DNA of 64,000 nucleotides from Nemertoderma westbladi (taxonomy: Eukaryota; Animalia; Xenacoelomorpha). The translations under genes were made by a program, and so were the position numbers. How positions within the stretch are numbered: the stretch's first letter is position 1; the number at the start of each line of letters is the position of its first letter. The notes beneath the pieces were generated by a model. That model was not told the origin of the DNA and made no database searches. It was given only the letters and a program-made list of their open reading frames with translations. The DNA lies in assembly GCA_032718475.1 (NCBI GenBank), contig JAUCBJ010007680.1, positions 1-64,000 of the forward strand, given 5' to 3'. Of the stretch, positions 47,681-58,702 are shown one piece after another.

Positions 47681-49720
47681 CAGTCGGGGTCTCAAAGTGC
47701 ATCTGTTCTTTGAGATTTTCTCAAAGAACTAAAAGTGTCTCAAATTTCTAAAAGTGGTCCAAGAAAATGACAAAGTGTCCTCAAAGATTTCAAAGTAGTA
47801 CTGTCAGTCATTTCATACAGTCCTGCCTGAAGCTGGCTATGGTAATGGGGTATATTGACTTTGACTATAGGGTAAAATATAAGTAATAAAAACCGCTATG
47901 AAACAATAAAGATGCCTCCAAAAAATACTGCAGTAATAAATATTTGTTACTGAAAGTAAGAATTAAACTTACTGCAGTAATAAAAAATTGTCTTTTTCTG
48001 CAGTAACAAATAATTTGTTACTGCAGTAGAAATTGTTATTCAATTATTTATTAATATTGATTACTGCAGTATAAATTTTTATTCAATTATTTATTAATTT
48101 ATTAATATTGATTATTGCAGTATAATAAATATTTGTTACTGCAGTAATAAATACTTGTTACTGCAGTAATAAATATTTGTTACTGCAGTAATAAATATTT
48201 GTTACTGCAGTAATTGTTATATGTTACTGCAGTAACTAATATTTAATACAGCAGTATTTTTTGTAGGTATTTTTATTGTTTCATAGAGGATTTTATTAAT
48301 TTATATTTGGACTCTTTAGAGACGCCATAATTGCGGGCTATCGGAATGTGTTGGTATTTGTGTCATAGACAGTTTGTCTGTTGCCCTATCTATATTAATG
48401 TATATGCTAAAACTGTACTGTTTTAATTTGTTTAGCCCACGTGAACGCCGAATACCTTTACCAATGCATTTCAATGGTCAACCAGCCATACTTTTGCCGC
48501 ACTGTAAATTGTGTTATACAAAGTAAAGAATAACGATAGAGGCAGGAATAAAGATAAATGATTCAAGCGCACTAATTGGCTGTTCCCATAGATGTTTTAG
48601 GCATTGTTGGTGCGCAATGCATATGGTCAGAGCGAACGCCCAGTCTGCCAAAATCTATTATGTAATCAAATGGTACCACAAGCCAAGCAAAGCATGTGAC
48701 AGTTCTTTCCGACTCTGCACCTGTTTGTTTGAAGGTCGCCGTCCGTGGGTCGCTGCTCACTAGCTGTGATTGATAGTTTAAACTGGGTGCGGCTTTGCCA
48801 GAAGGCGGTACACATCAATTGAATATGAGGCAAACATTTAAAATATGCTCAAATATAAACGCCAGCGGCAGGGGATATTTTAATATCTCTATTAAGCTAA
48901 AACAACACAAGATTGTAGCCGTTCTATCGTACTTGAAAGTCGAAAGCCTTTCTTAGTTTTTAAGAAGGAATTCTCGCGCTCTCGTCAACATAGTTATCAT
49001 ATTAATTAAACAGTTAAGGTAGTACGGTTTGACCTGAGGTGACTAATGAAATGAATAACAAAAGTTATTACAAGCTTTCTCCCAACAGGGCTTCTTTAAG
49101 TCATTATAATGAAACTGCGTATACACAGAGATACTACAGTGCAGTTTCTCTTATATTAATTGTTAATCTGATATTGTATTATGTTATTAAAATAATCAAT
49201 CTTGTCAAGCATTAATCTTGTTTCACTAATTATGTTTCATGTATTATTTGAATGAATGTTTTTTAGAAAGACTTTAGGGTGTCGTAAATTCAATTTGTAC
49301 TTGCGACCGAAAACCCATCCCTTAATCACCTCAGGAACCTCAATTTGATAAATTAATGGGAATATAGCTTCTATGCAACAACAGGCCAGCACACAAGTAT
49401 CACTTTGTTGCCCGCATAATATTGTTCCCCGAGAATGCCTCTGCCTCTCAGTTAACTTACTACGAGCTGTCAATCAGGAACTCCTCGGAGTTTATTTTCT
49501 CAAAGAATTAAAAGTGCCGCAAACTACCTCAAAGTGACATTTCTCAAAGAATTCAAAGAATACAAAGTGCCTAAAAGCAGGAAATCACTTTGAGATTCCC
49601 AACTAAAAGTGTCTACAAGAATTCAAAGCGGCCGTTGGGAATAATGTAATGACTTTTAGACACTTTTAGAAAAACTTTGAGAAAAACTCAAAGAACAGAT
49701 GCACTTTGAGACCCCGACTG
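47681..49720. mobile_element. Tc1/mariner-superfamily non-autonomous element
   Basis: TIRs CAGTCGGGGTCTCAAAGTGCATCTGTTCTTTGAG at both ends, TA TSD at 47679-47680 and 49721-49722, no transposase ORF. Confidence 0.9.
47863..48320. mobile_element. Nested palindromic MITE rich in TTACTGCAGTAA repeats
   Basis: Inverted arms CTATGAAACAATAAA / TTTATTGTTTCATAG flank many palindromic TACTGCAGTA units. Confidence 0.6.
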
Positions 49721-50062
49721 TATATTCCTTATTTTTTTAGCAGCGAACATAAAAAAATCATAAGCGCGAAATTTTCGGGAAGTGATTTCCAAACCGCCGA
49801 TGTTACCTATCATTATTTCGCGTATAAAGATGCTCACCATGCTTGAAATTACATCAGTCTATACTATAATTGGAAATAGCACCTTTTGTTGCAGCGAGCG
49901 TCACATACTGTAGTTGTGTCATATGTTAATTAAATATACAGTACTCTAATATTGTAGTTGCATCAATTATTGTTATATACATAGTAATGGTGTTGGTTTA
50001 TTGATATTGATATTGATATTATATTATATTGTATTGTTGATATATCTTAATAATAATAATAA

Positions 50063-50749
50063 ATGGCTGACTTTAATTCAGGTCCATATAATTTAAACTT
50101 TCAAATGGGCACAAGTATGATAATTTCAGGGCCATCTGGTTCCGGAAAGTCAACCTTTGTAAGCAATTTAATTAAACACAAGAATGGTTGTTTCAACGAA
50201 GCCCCCTTGCGAGTATTGTATTGTTACGGGAGCAATCCCCCGACTATTCCTGGTATTACTCACCTTTACAAAGGCTTGCCTGAAAATATAGATAGTTTAG
50301 TGAATAGTCGAGATTTATTAATTATAGATGATTTGTTAACAGAAACTGAGTCCAGTACAGCTTTAACTGTATTGTTTACTAAGGTAGCTCATCATTCCAA
50401 TATATTTATTTGTTTTATAACGCAAAACATGTTTTACGGTGGGAAGCATAACCGCACAAGATCAATTAATAGCCATACTTTAGTATTAATGAAAAATCCG
50501 AGAGACAGTCTATCGGTTTTAAATTTCGCGAAGCAGATGTTACCAGGGCAGACCAAATTTTTAGTTGATTCCTATCAAGATGCGACAATTCAACCATTTT
50601 CACATTTCTTAATTGATTTACGACAGGAAACACCCGAACATTTAAGATTTAGATCTGATATATTTCGTAATCATAATTGTTACATTAAAAATTACACTGA
50701 CTATAAACGTAGCGAAAATAATAATAATAATAATAATAATGATAAATAA
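50063..50749 (+). CDS. FtsK/A32-like DNA packaging ATPase
   Basis: Walker A GPSGSGKS, Walker B LLIIDD, HH.NI..ITQN, RSINSH and KNPRD. Confidence 0.93.
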   Translation: MADFNSGPYNLNFQMGTSMIISGPSGSGKSTFVSNLIKHKNGCFNEAPLRVLYCYGSNPPTIPGITHLYKGLPENIDSLVNSRDLLIIDDLLTETESSTALTVLFTKVAHHSNIFICFITQNMFYGGKHNRTRSINSHTLVLMKNPRDSLSVLNFAKQMLPGQTKFLVDSYQDATIQPFSHFLIDLRQETPEHLRFRSDIFRNHNCYIKNYTDYKRSENNNNNNNNDK

Positions 50750-50786
50750 TTAATATTTTGTAACAATTTTCAATAATGTTGCAACA

Positions 50787-51170
50787 ATGAATAGACTTGT
50801 GTAGAAATATCGTAACGAACTGGAATTTCTACGCAGCGCTACCCCTCAACAAAGAACTTATTTTATTAACCATACCGCCAGTAACGAATTAATACGGCTC
50901 ATTGTAAATACTGCATTAAATGTTCTAAAAGGTAATGTACAATTGACCCCTCATTCATTTAGAAATATTCGCCGCTATAAGAAGGTATTGAAATCACTCA
51001 ACCGTAAGACAAAAAATATATCAAGTTACAGAAAAAAGTTAAGCAATCAATCTGGAGGCATACTACCGTTTCTAATACCCTTACTCGGTATTGGTGCGAA
51101 ACTAGCGGCGAGTGCCGGTGCCGCTGCCGCTGGGGCTGCTATTGCGAAAAAAATTAACCGTGGGCGGTAA
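50787..51170 (+). pseudogene. Basic virion core protein with adenain-type site and hydrophobic tail; premature TAG at codon 6
   Basis: ATG at 50787 and TAG at 50802, then open through NVLKGNVQL..QSGG/ILPFLIPLLGIGAKL, in frame with ORF 50943..51170. Confidence 0.7.
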
Positions 51171-51172
51171 TA

Positions 51173-51343
51173 ATGGTTAAAACAGGAGTAACATTTAGAA
51201 AATTATATTTAGTATCGAGTAAACCGTTAGCTACTGATTTAAAACCTCAAGATATACCTAGAGTAAATACTACAAAAAGAAAACCCTTTAAAACATCAAC
51301 TTCGAAAAAAATAATTAAAAAATTTCAGTTGTTCTTACGGTGA
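51173..51343 (+). CDS. Small basic Polinton protein (56 aa)
   Basis: MVKTGVTFRKLYLVSSKP...KKFQLFLR is packed tightly between neighbouring genes; it is below the ORF-track cutoff. Confidence 0.45.
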   Translation: MVKTGVTFRKLYLVSSKPLATDLKPQDIPRVNTTKRKPFKTSTSKKIIKKFQLFLR

Positions 51344-51394
51344 TGCCCTTTATAAGAGATTTGAATATACATATTACTTGTGGTTGCCGAAAAG

Positions 51395-52486
51395 ATGCCA
51401 CGCAAGATGAAACCGATTTTAAGCCGAAGCTTAGACAAAAAACTGTCAAGAATTTATTTAGATCCTTCATCCCCTGCAGGATTTGCAAGTGTCGCAAAAT
51501 TAGCAAAAGCTGCAAACATCAAACCAGCGCAAGCCCAGAAATGGTTGAGCGGGCAAAAGACATACACCCTTCACGCTCCACGTAGACAACATTATCCAAC
51601 ATCTAAAATATTTACGGGAGGCATAAAAGATATATATATGATAGATCTGGTGGATATGCAGCAATATAAATCGCAAAACAATAATTATAACTATATATTA
51701 ACGTGCATTGATGCCTTCAGTCGGCTTGCTTTTGGCTATGCTATGAAAACAAAAAAGGGTGTTGAAATTATTAGTATATTGCAAAAAATATTCCAGAAAG
51801 GAAAACCAAACAGAATCGCCACGAATCAAGGTTCTGAGTTTCTAAATAAATCTGTAAGGAAATATTTAGATACGTTAGGTATACAGTATTACGTAATGTA
51901 TTCTGTGAATAAGGCGGCTATTGTCGAGAGATTTAACAGAACCTTAAAAACAAAGATGTTCAAAATTTTCACGCAAAGGGGAAATAATATTTGGATAAAA
52001 ATTTTACCTAAGCTTATCTCGGCTTATAATAGGTCGTATCATAGAACAATACAAATGACACCTATTGAAGTTAATAAATTTAATGAAACTGAATTAATGA
52101 ATAGATTATATGGGAAATATAGACAGATAAATCACAAGAAAATAAAATTTAAAGTTGGAGATACAGTACGATTATCTATTGCTCGTACTGCTTTTGCTAA
52201 AGGCTATCGAGAACAATGGACACGTGAATTATTTATTATTCATCGGGTCAGGTTGGATAGAGTACCAGCGGTAATGTTCGATATTAAGGACAGCACCGGA
52301 GCTATAATAAAGGGCTCATTTTATTCTCACGAACTCCAAAAGGTCCACCCGAATAGTAATATTTATCTAGCAATTGACAAAAAAAATATTGGCAAACTTA
52401 AAGAACGTGTACGCAATGGGAAGAAAGAATATTTAGTCCGATTCATCGGATCCAAGAAACAGTCCTGGGTAAAGCATATTCAATAA
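51395..52486 (+). CDS. Polinton retroviral-type (rve) integrase with C-terminal chromo-like segment; second catalytic Asp replaced by Asn
   Basis: YLDPSSPAGF, IDLVDM, CIDAFSR, TNQGSEF (normally TDxGxEF), VERFNRTLK, FKVGDTVR, KGY..W..E.F and EYLVRFIG..SWV. Confidence 0.93.
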   Translation: MPRKMKPILSRSLDKKLSRIYLDPSSPAGFASVAKLAKAANIKPAQAQKWLSGQKTYTLHAPRRQHYPTSKIFTGGIKDIYMIDLVDMQQYKSQNNNYNYILTCIDAFSRLAFGYAMKTKKGVEIISILQKIFQKGKPNRIATNQGSEFLNKSVRKYLDTLGIQYYVMYSVNKAAIVERFNRTLKTKMFKIFTQRGNNIWIKILPKLISAYNRSYHRTIQMTPIEVNKFNETELMNRLYGKYRQINHKKIKFKVGDTVRLSIARTAFAKGYREQWTRELFIIHRVRLDRVPAVMFDIKDSTGAIIKGSFYSHELQKVHPNSNIYLAIDKKNIGKLKERVRNGKKEYLVRFIGSKKQSWVKHIQ

Positions 52487-52733
52487 GCTTAGGTTTATAC
52501 TGTATATTAATTCATTTTGGTCGCATATGACCGTAATTAATCAATATTAACTCGAATGATATTACTATACTATATAGTTCATCCGCTTTAAATAAAGCCA
52601 GTAAAATATTGATCCCACGCATATACTGTAGAAGATGCTGGCAATGAACGTGGTCACAGATGTCTATAATTTAACATTATACTGTATGTACAAAGGAGTC
52701 AAGTAGAGAGAGCGAGCTTAAATAATAATAATA

Positions 52734-53606
52734 ATGGCCACAGATACATATATCACTCTACTTTCAGATAGCTCATTGAACACTTATCCCAATAATAATC
52801 CTAGTGAGTTTACTGTTGATTTAGCAGAAGAATTATATATTGGTCCAAATGCCAAAGTTGGACTTGCCGAACTTCAATATCAAGCAACATACAGTAATAT
52901 TACGCTGCAAACTCAAATTTCGCTGTCAATCGGGGTAGATGCAAAAGATGCCAAATTATATAGTTTATTTCCTGGTATGCATAACTCTATTCAAGTGATT
53001 ATTGATGATATAAATAAACTGTTTAATTCTGAAGCGAAATATAGAGATTTCGAATTCATTTTTAATACAAATAATTCTAGAATTAAATTTAAATTTCCTA
53101 AAAAGTTGAAAAAAATACAATTAAGTCTACGTGGCGATTTAATACAAATTCTAGGCTTAAATCCATTATTGGATCGGAATCTTCCGGATATTCCGAATTG
53201 GGATATATACAGTACCACTACAGTAGATGAATTAAGCAATATAGAACAACCGATATTAATTTTAAATTATAGTGGACCAAAAATTTCGGAAATTGGCATT
53301 TTAGATTTTCCAGCTCCCACAAATATAACACGTAATAAAGACACAATTTTCATATACACAGATATTATTAAGAGCTCATTTGTTGGCGACGCTTTAGCTC
53401 CGCTCTTAAGAACCTGCCCTTTAACGCAATTAAATCGAAAATATATTAATCACGAATACGAGAGCATTTGCTATTTCCCATTGTTGAATAAAAAACTAAA
53501 AACAATATTAATTACTTTACGTGACGGCCAAGGCCAATTAATTAACTTCAGCGGAGGTCGCACTGTTATAACACTTAAGTTAATACGGGGTGGTGGTGAT
53601 GGATGA
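52734..53606 (+). CDS. Minor capsid (penton) protein 1
   Basis: YITLLSDSS..YPNNNPSEF.V.L, VGLAEL, IYTDII..VGD..APLLR and I.L.D..G..I.F..G.T.ITL. Confidence 0.82.
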   Translation: MATDTYITLLSDSSLNTYPNNNPSEFTVDLAEELYIGPNAKVGLAELQYQATYSNITLQTQISLSIGVDAKDAKLYSLFPGMHNSIQVIIDDINKLFNSEAKYRDFEFIFNTNNSRIKFKFPKKLKKIQLSLRGDLIQILGLNPLLDRNLPDIPNWDIYSTTTVDELSNIEQPILILNYSGPKISEIGILDFPAPTNITRNKDTIFIYTDIIKSSFVGDALAPLLRTCPLTQLNRKYINHEYESICYFPLLNKKLKTILITLRDGQGQLINFSGGRTVITLKLIRGGGDG

Positions 53607-54444
53607 ATTCTACGTAAGGCTGCTGAGTAACTCCTGCCCAATTGATTTTCCCCGCAATAGCGCTAGTAATTATCAGATCAACTTACATGGAGCCTTACCT
53701 ATAAACCCAAACGAAAACTGGGTGGTAGGTATAAAAAGTATATTTTACTTAGCAACGTTACCGTCCATGTATAACAATGTAGAGAATGTTATTTTATTAA
53801 AAAAAGGGAAAAAAATTTTTGAGGATACACTTCCATCCGGTTTGTTCTACAGTATCAATGACATTATAGATTATTTTAACACAGGGGCGTTGAAAGATAA
53901 ATTACAAATAGTTGAAAATACTCAGCAAAATAGATTGCAATTTATTTTAGGGAAAGCGGTGCGAGAGTTATTTATAGGTCAACAATTAGCCTATTATTTT
54001 GGAATTACTGAAAATAATCTCGGTGCGAATTTAAATCCAAATTTTAAAATTATTTTGAAGACGAAAAATAATATAAAGGGTTATTTAATAAAGGTTATCG
54101 GAAATGAAGAAAAAACTTTCCAGATGGTATTTTTATGCCCCCAACCACCCAACTCTATTCCAGAACCTAAGTCGAACATGTACGTGACTACTAATATAAT
54201 TGAAAATCAATATATTAACGATTTTGGCTTAGCTTTACTTCGTCGCGTGGCGATACCTGATGACGTGAAATATGGTAGCGTAATAAATAAAGAATTTGCC
54301 AAGGATACAATTCATTATATCCCTGTAAAAAAATCATATAAGATAACATACATTCATATTGAAATAACAGACAAACAAGGAAAAGATTTGAATTTTGAAT
54401 ACGGGACAACATCTATTACATTACACTTTAAACGTATAAATTAA
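53599..54444 (+). CDS. Minor capsid (penton) protein 2, divergent paralog
   Basis: FYVRLLSNS..FPRNSASNY..L, WVVGI, YVTTNII..LLR and I.I.D..G..L.F..G.TSITLHFKR: the same motif order as the upstream gene. Confidence 0.8.
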   Translation: MDEFYVRLLSNSCPIDFPRNSASNYQINLHGALPINPNENWVVGIKSIFYLATLPSMYNNVENVILLKKGKKIFEDTLPSGLFYSINDIIDYFNTGALKDKLQIVENTQQNRLQFILGKAVRELFIGQQLAYYFGITENNLGANLNPNFKIILKTKNNIKGYLIKVIGNEEKTFQMVFLCPQPPNSIPEPKSNMYVTTNIIENQYINDFGLALLRRVAIPDDVKYGSVINKEFAKDTIHYIPVKKSYKITYIHIEITDKQGKDLNFEYGTTSITLHFKRIN

Positions 54445-54445
54445 A

Positions 54446-54844
54446 ATGGATTCCGATTTATTTCAAAGATACAGTAAACCTCAATATGGGGGTTCAGACT
54501 CTAACCTTGCTGTTTTTAAAGGCGGAAGAAGTACCAGAGGCTCGACGCAGGTTCCTGTTTTTCGTGGTGGTTCATATATTGACCCTTACGGTCAACAAAT
54601 TGGTGCATTTGGTCCAAACTTAAAACAACGTCGTTTTCAACGTTATCCTAGAGGTATGCGGGCAAATCAACACGGAGAAGGTATATTTACAGACGCTTTA
54701 TCTACATTGAAAAAATTTGGTAAGCCATTAGCTAAAAAAGTTTTACAAAAAGCTTTACCATTTACCACAAAATTTATGAGACAACACGTAATACCAAAAG
54801 GTAAGCGGGTCTTACATCAGCAGGCTAATACGGTTATTAATTAG
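54446..54844 (+). CDS. Virion core / membrane-active precursor with adenain-type xxGG and QxGxG sites, probably 3'-truncated
   Basis: QYGG, FKGG, FRGG and QHGEG, followed by the amphipathic basic helix IFTDALSTLKKFGKPLAKKVLQKALP. Confidence 0.7.
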   Translation: MDSDLFQRYSKPQYGGSDSNLAVFKGGRSTRGSTQVPVFRGGSYIDPYGQQIGAFGPNLKQRRFQRYPRGMRANQHGEGIFTDALSTLKKFGKPLAKKVLQKALPFTTKFMRQHVIPKGKRVLHQQANTVIN

Positions 54845-56082
54845 ATTTATTTTCTACACAACCAATACAGACTGAATTTAAAGCAAAGCATTATGAAACA
54901 ATTTACCCCGTATCTAATCTCAGAAGTGAATCTAGGGAGGTCACCTTCCTTGTACCCAGATCCAATGAATTCTATACGAAACTGCAAGATGCGTTATTAA
55001 TTACAAAATGTACAGTACGCTGGGATAGGCGACTTGAAAACTCTCATATATATATGCTGAATTACCCCGCTGAAACTATGTGGAGTGATACTAAAATAGA
55101 CCTTAATGAGAAGCAGGTTGAAAATAGTAATAACCATTATTTCTACAAGTCGTACTTATCCAATTTATTATTTACAACTTACGAGGATAAAAATGGGCTA
55201 CTGGGTGCAGGTGGCTTTCATCAACCTTTATCTGAACACGGAAATGAAATTAATGCTGGCACGCATCCTATTGACGATGCCTTTAGTAAACAAATGCAAT
55301 TTGTAAGTGGATTGACGATTGATTTTGATACTGAAACTAAAATAATACAACCTGGGTATGATTTAAGAATGCATTTTAGAAAAGTATCAAATTCGTTTAT
55401 TTTTAAAATCACTCCAAACGTAAACGCCGTGACAAATCTTCGACTAGAATTAGATGAAATAAAAATTCTAATCCCTAGAATGGAGGTTAATCCGGTAATA
55501 GAAAGCAGTCACCTAAAAGGTTTAGAGAGTTACGATATTGAATATCAATTCCAAAAGAAAGAGGTGACTACATTTACTATTCCCGCGCAAACCACAAATT
55601 ACACCCAAACAAACATATTTGATGGTAAAAAACCCAAATTAGTTATTATCGGCTTCATAACAAATAACGCTTATTCGGGAGAATTAATTAGCAATCCCTT
55701 GAAATTTGAACATTTTAACCTTAGACGCGCGGAACTGATTGTAGACGGTCTTCCAGTAGGGGGTGTAATATACGAGCCTAATTTTACAGATGGAACATAT
55801 ATTTTTGAGTATACACAATTAATGAAGAACATTAATACATATATTAACGGTTATGGGGGAAATAATATAGACCATGAAACCTACTTAGGTAATTGTCCCC
55901 TCCTATCCTGGGACCTAACCGCCGACGGCTATGTTAGAGATCCGCAACCCTCGATATATACTAACGGCCAATTAAAATTAAGATTTGCTGAACCCTTGGT
56001 TGAAACCATAAATGTAATCGTTTTTAATATTTATGATCAATCATTAAGTTTAAATAGCAGGAAAGAAATACATATCGATTAA
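54841..56082 (+). CDS. Major capsid (hexon-like, double jelly-roll) protein; start codon missing
   Basis: The frame is open from 54841 (LDLFSTQPIQT..YP), then YFYKSYL..LL, PKLVIIGFI.N.AY.G..NP.KF.HFN, DLTAD and LRFAEPL..TINVIV. Confidence 0.88.
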   Translation, partial: LDLFSTQPIQTEFKAKHYETIYPVSNLRSESREVTFLVPRSNEFYTKLQDALLITKCTVRWDRRLENSHIYMLNYPAETMWSDTKIDLNEKQVENSNNHYFYKSYLSNLLFTTYEDKNGLLGAGGFHQPLSEHGNEINAGTHPIDDAFSKQMQFVSGLTIDFDTETKIIQPGYDLRMHFRKVSNSFIFKITPNVNAVTNLRLELDEIKILIPRMEVNPVIESSHLKGLESYDIEYQFQKKEVTTFTIPAQTTNYTQTNIFDGKKPKLVIIGFITNNAYSGELISNPLKFEHFNLRRAELIVDGLPVGGVIYEPNFTDGTYIFEYTQLMKNINTYINGYGGNNIDHETYLGNCPLLSWDLTADGYVRDPQPSIYTNGQLKLRFAEPLVETINVIVFNIYDQSLSLNSRKEIHID

Positions 56083-56084
56083 GT

Positions 56085-56540
56085 ATGTTATCTACAGAGG
56101 ACCTTGATATGTTTCCAGTAGGCGGTCACTATTTGGGAGCGTTTCCAGCTAACAAATTACCTAAATTAGATAATAATAATAAGCGGCGGGATTATGGGCT
56201 AATAGTAAATACCGATAAAGAGCATCTGCCTGGGATTCATTGGATCGCAATATATATACGAGATAATGAGGCCGAAGTATTTGACTCGTTTGGACCAAAA
56301 TATCCAAACAGATGCATCGAAAAATGGCTTGAGAAAAATTCCGCAAGGTGGCGTACTACACGCAAACAATTTCAAGACCCTAGGAGGACCACATGCGGTC
56401 TGTACTGTCTTTATTATTTGGTAAATCGTATTCACACAATCTATCCAATGAGTGCGTTTACAAATAATGTGGAAATCAATGAAATTATATTATATAAATG
56501 GCTTGTTAATTATTATAAATTAAACCAACAAACTTTGTAA
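56085..56540 (+). CDS. Adenain-like (Ulp1/C5) cysteine protease
   Basis: NTD..PGIHWIA, FDSFG and Q....TCGLYC; the His/Asp/Gln/Cys set is intact. Confidence 0.93.
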   Translation: MLSTEDLDMFPVGGHYLGAFPANKLPKLDNNNKRRDYGLIVNTDKEHLPGIHWIAIYIRDNEAEVFDSFGPKYPNRCIEKWLEKNSARWRTTRKQFQDPRRTTCGLYCLYYLVNRIHTIYPMSAFTNNVEINEIILYKWLVNYYKLNQQTL

Positions 56541-56821
56541 TTAATATTATATCAGAAATAAAATTGCCATAAAACTAAATATAAAACTGCACCAGCATCC
56601 CACCACCAATCAGAACAATACAATTAAGACAATAAGGTTTAACATACAATTAAAAATGGTGCACCGTGAATTAATAATGGTCTGCGAGGTCATTCCCCCG
56701 CAGACCCGCACCATCCCCAAAGCCCAGCGCCCTCCAGGGACGCCGGCCACCACGCAAACAGAGGGAGTTGGAGCGGAGGATACTTTGTAATTAATTATTT
56801 AACTTTTGTTTATCAGATAAA

Positions 56822-57422
56822 ATGGATAATATTATTTTTGTTGATTTTCAATATTATAAGATAGACAATAAGGAGTATCCGGTAGTATTTAAAGAATTTG
56901 CTATTTTCGATTCTAATTACACCAAAACTAATGTAATGACGTTTTTAATTAAAGGCCCACCTAATATTAAATTATCGGCATTAGATGCAGCTCACGTAAA
57001 CAATTTACGGGATATGACTTCTCGACTTGCCCTGGAACTATGAGGACATATCTCAAGACGACTTTAAAAAATATATGAAGAGACATTTAAAATATAAAAA
57101 AAACATTCATGTATTTGGGTTGATGAAGCGGGCAATATTAGTTTCCCAACTCGATGTTCTCGAGCCAAATTCGGTGGAGAAATTGGGGATATATAAGCAA
57201 TATCACGATTATTCAACCCCCTGTCGATTTCATGACCGATTCACTACAGTGGAAAGTAAATGCACGTTCCACTTAAACATAAGGGATAACTGTCTGCGAT
57301 ACTGCTCAGCAAAACGCGTTGGTGGGTTTGAGGCTCTACACTTTTTCATGAGAAAGCGTTTAACTGCAACTGATGATGATGATAAACAGAAAGAAATAAC
57401 TGCGGTGGAAGATGTACTGTAG
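56822..57422 (+). pseudogene. DEDD/DnaQ-like fold Polinton protein, frameshifted near 57025
   Basis: N-terminal IFVDFQ..VFKEFAIF..PP continues in the second ORF as PWNY..IHVFG..K..C.FH..CS..V. The fold assignment is inference. Confidence 0.55.
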
Positions 57423-57789
57423 GTTTACTCTAAGCATGTAATGTGATGGGATAATATAATTTTATTTTGGTGTTGATCTTGATGTTAATATAAAAATATA
57501 ATAAAATATAATTTTTTTTACAACAAGTTCTCTAAAAGAGTCAATCGCGGTAGGTTAACCATGCACATTTAACAATATGACGTAGACGTAACATGTACAG
57601 TAAATATTCTCGATATCATTCTAATATAGATATACTGGTATTGCGAAACAACCTATACATCGCAAACTAATAACACATACAGTAGTTGACTAGTAATATT
57701 AGTCAGAAATGCAACATAAACTGTATAGGATGTAGTGTTAACCTGTTGGTACCGGTACTGATAAATTCAATAATTTATTATAAACCTAA

Positions 57790-58702
57790 CCACAACTGTC
57801 ATCCGCTTTATCAGTACCGGTAGTGTTTTACTCTTCCAACACTGTAGTCACAGTCTACTAGTATCGGTACAGCAGTAATCTGATGCATGCAGGAGTCTCT
57901 CATATAGGGATTAGATCACCTATCCGAACAATACAGTACTGCAGTACTGTCGTTGTTCTTGATATAACAGCATAATCAGATAGAGCATACTGATTTCCTT
58001 TGATTAGCATTGTACCGCAGTACCGGTACCGCAGTATTAATGTAACAGTACCCGCAGTAACAAACTAAACCAATGTATACAATATCGTGAGTCAGTTACA
58101 ATCAGATGTGCACGCAGTCAGCCATGTTCCTAGGATGTGGTCAACCTCGCAGCTCCTATCCACAACTGTCATCCATTTTATCAGTACAGCAGTAATCTGA
58201 TGTAATAGCATTTGTTTTTTTTCAACTATATGGATACAGCTGTCTACCCGAACCTTGATTAGCATACTGCTGTCATAACCTAGATTACATGCAGGGGTCT
58301 CACATATAGGGATTAGATCCCCTACCTAAACAATACAGTACTGCAGTACTGTCACTGTTGTAACAGCATAATCAGATAGAGCATACTGATTTCTTTTGAT
58401 TAGCATTGTACTGCAGTACCGCTACTACAGTATTAATGTAACAGCACCCACAGTAACAAACTAAGTCATTGTATACAATATCGTGAGCCGGATATAATCG
58501 GATGTGTACACAGTCATGGGATGTGGTCAACCACGCAGTCAGAGCAGCATCGCTGCCGGCCTCGCAGCCAGCTTCGCGGCACGCAGTCAGCCTCACAGCC
58601 AGCCTCGCGGCACGCAGTCAGCCTCGCAGTCAGCCTCGCGGCATGCAGTCAGCCTCGCGCTCGGTCAGCCTCGCGGCACGCAGCTAGGCACGCAGTCAGC
58701 CC
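57790..58702. repeat. Duplicated ~350-bp block plus GC-rich GCAGTCAGCCTCGCGGCAC minisatellite between convergent Polinton gene blocks
   Basis: ~57790-58150 is repeated at ~58160-58540; short GC-rich units run from 58534 to 58702. Confidence 0.75.

Larger units (their letters stand above)
47352..49846 (+). pseudogene. RING-finger protein (~150 aa) interrupted by a Tc1/mariner-like insertion
   Basis: CPVC..C.NKHATCVQC..CPICR. Removing 47681-49722 restores the frame RRCCYYIPYFFSSEH...HHA with a stop at 49844-49846. Confidence 0.75.
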
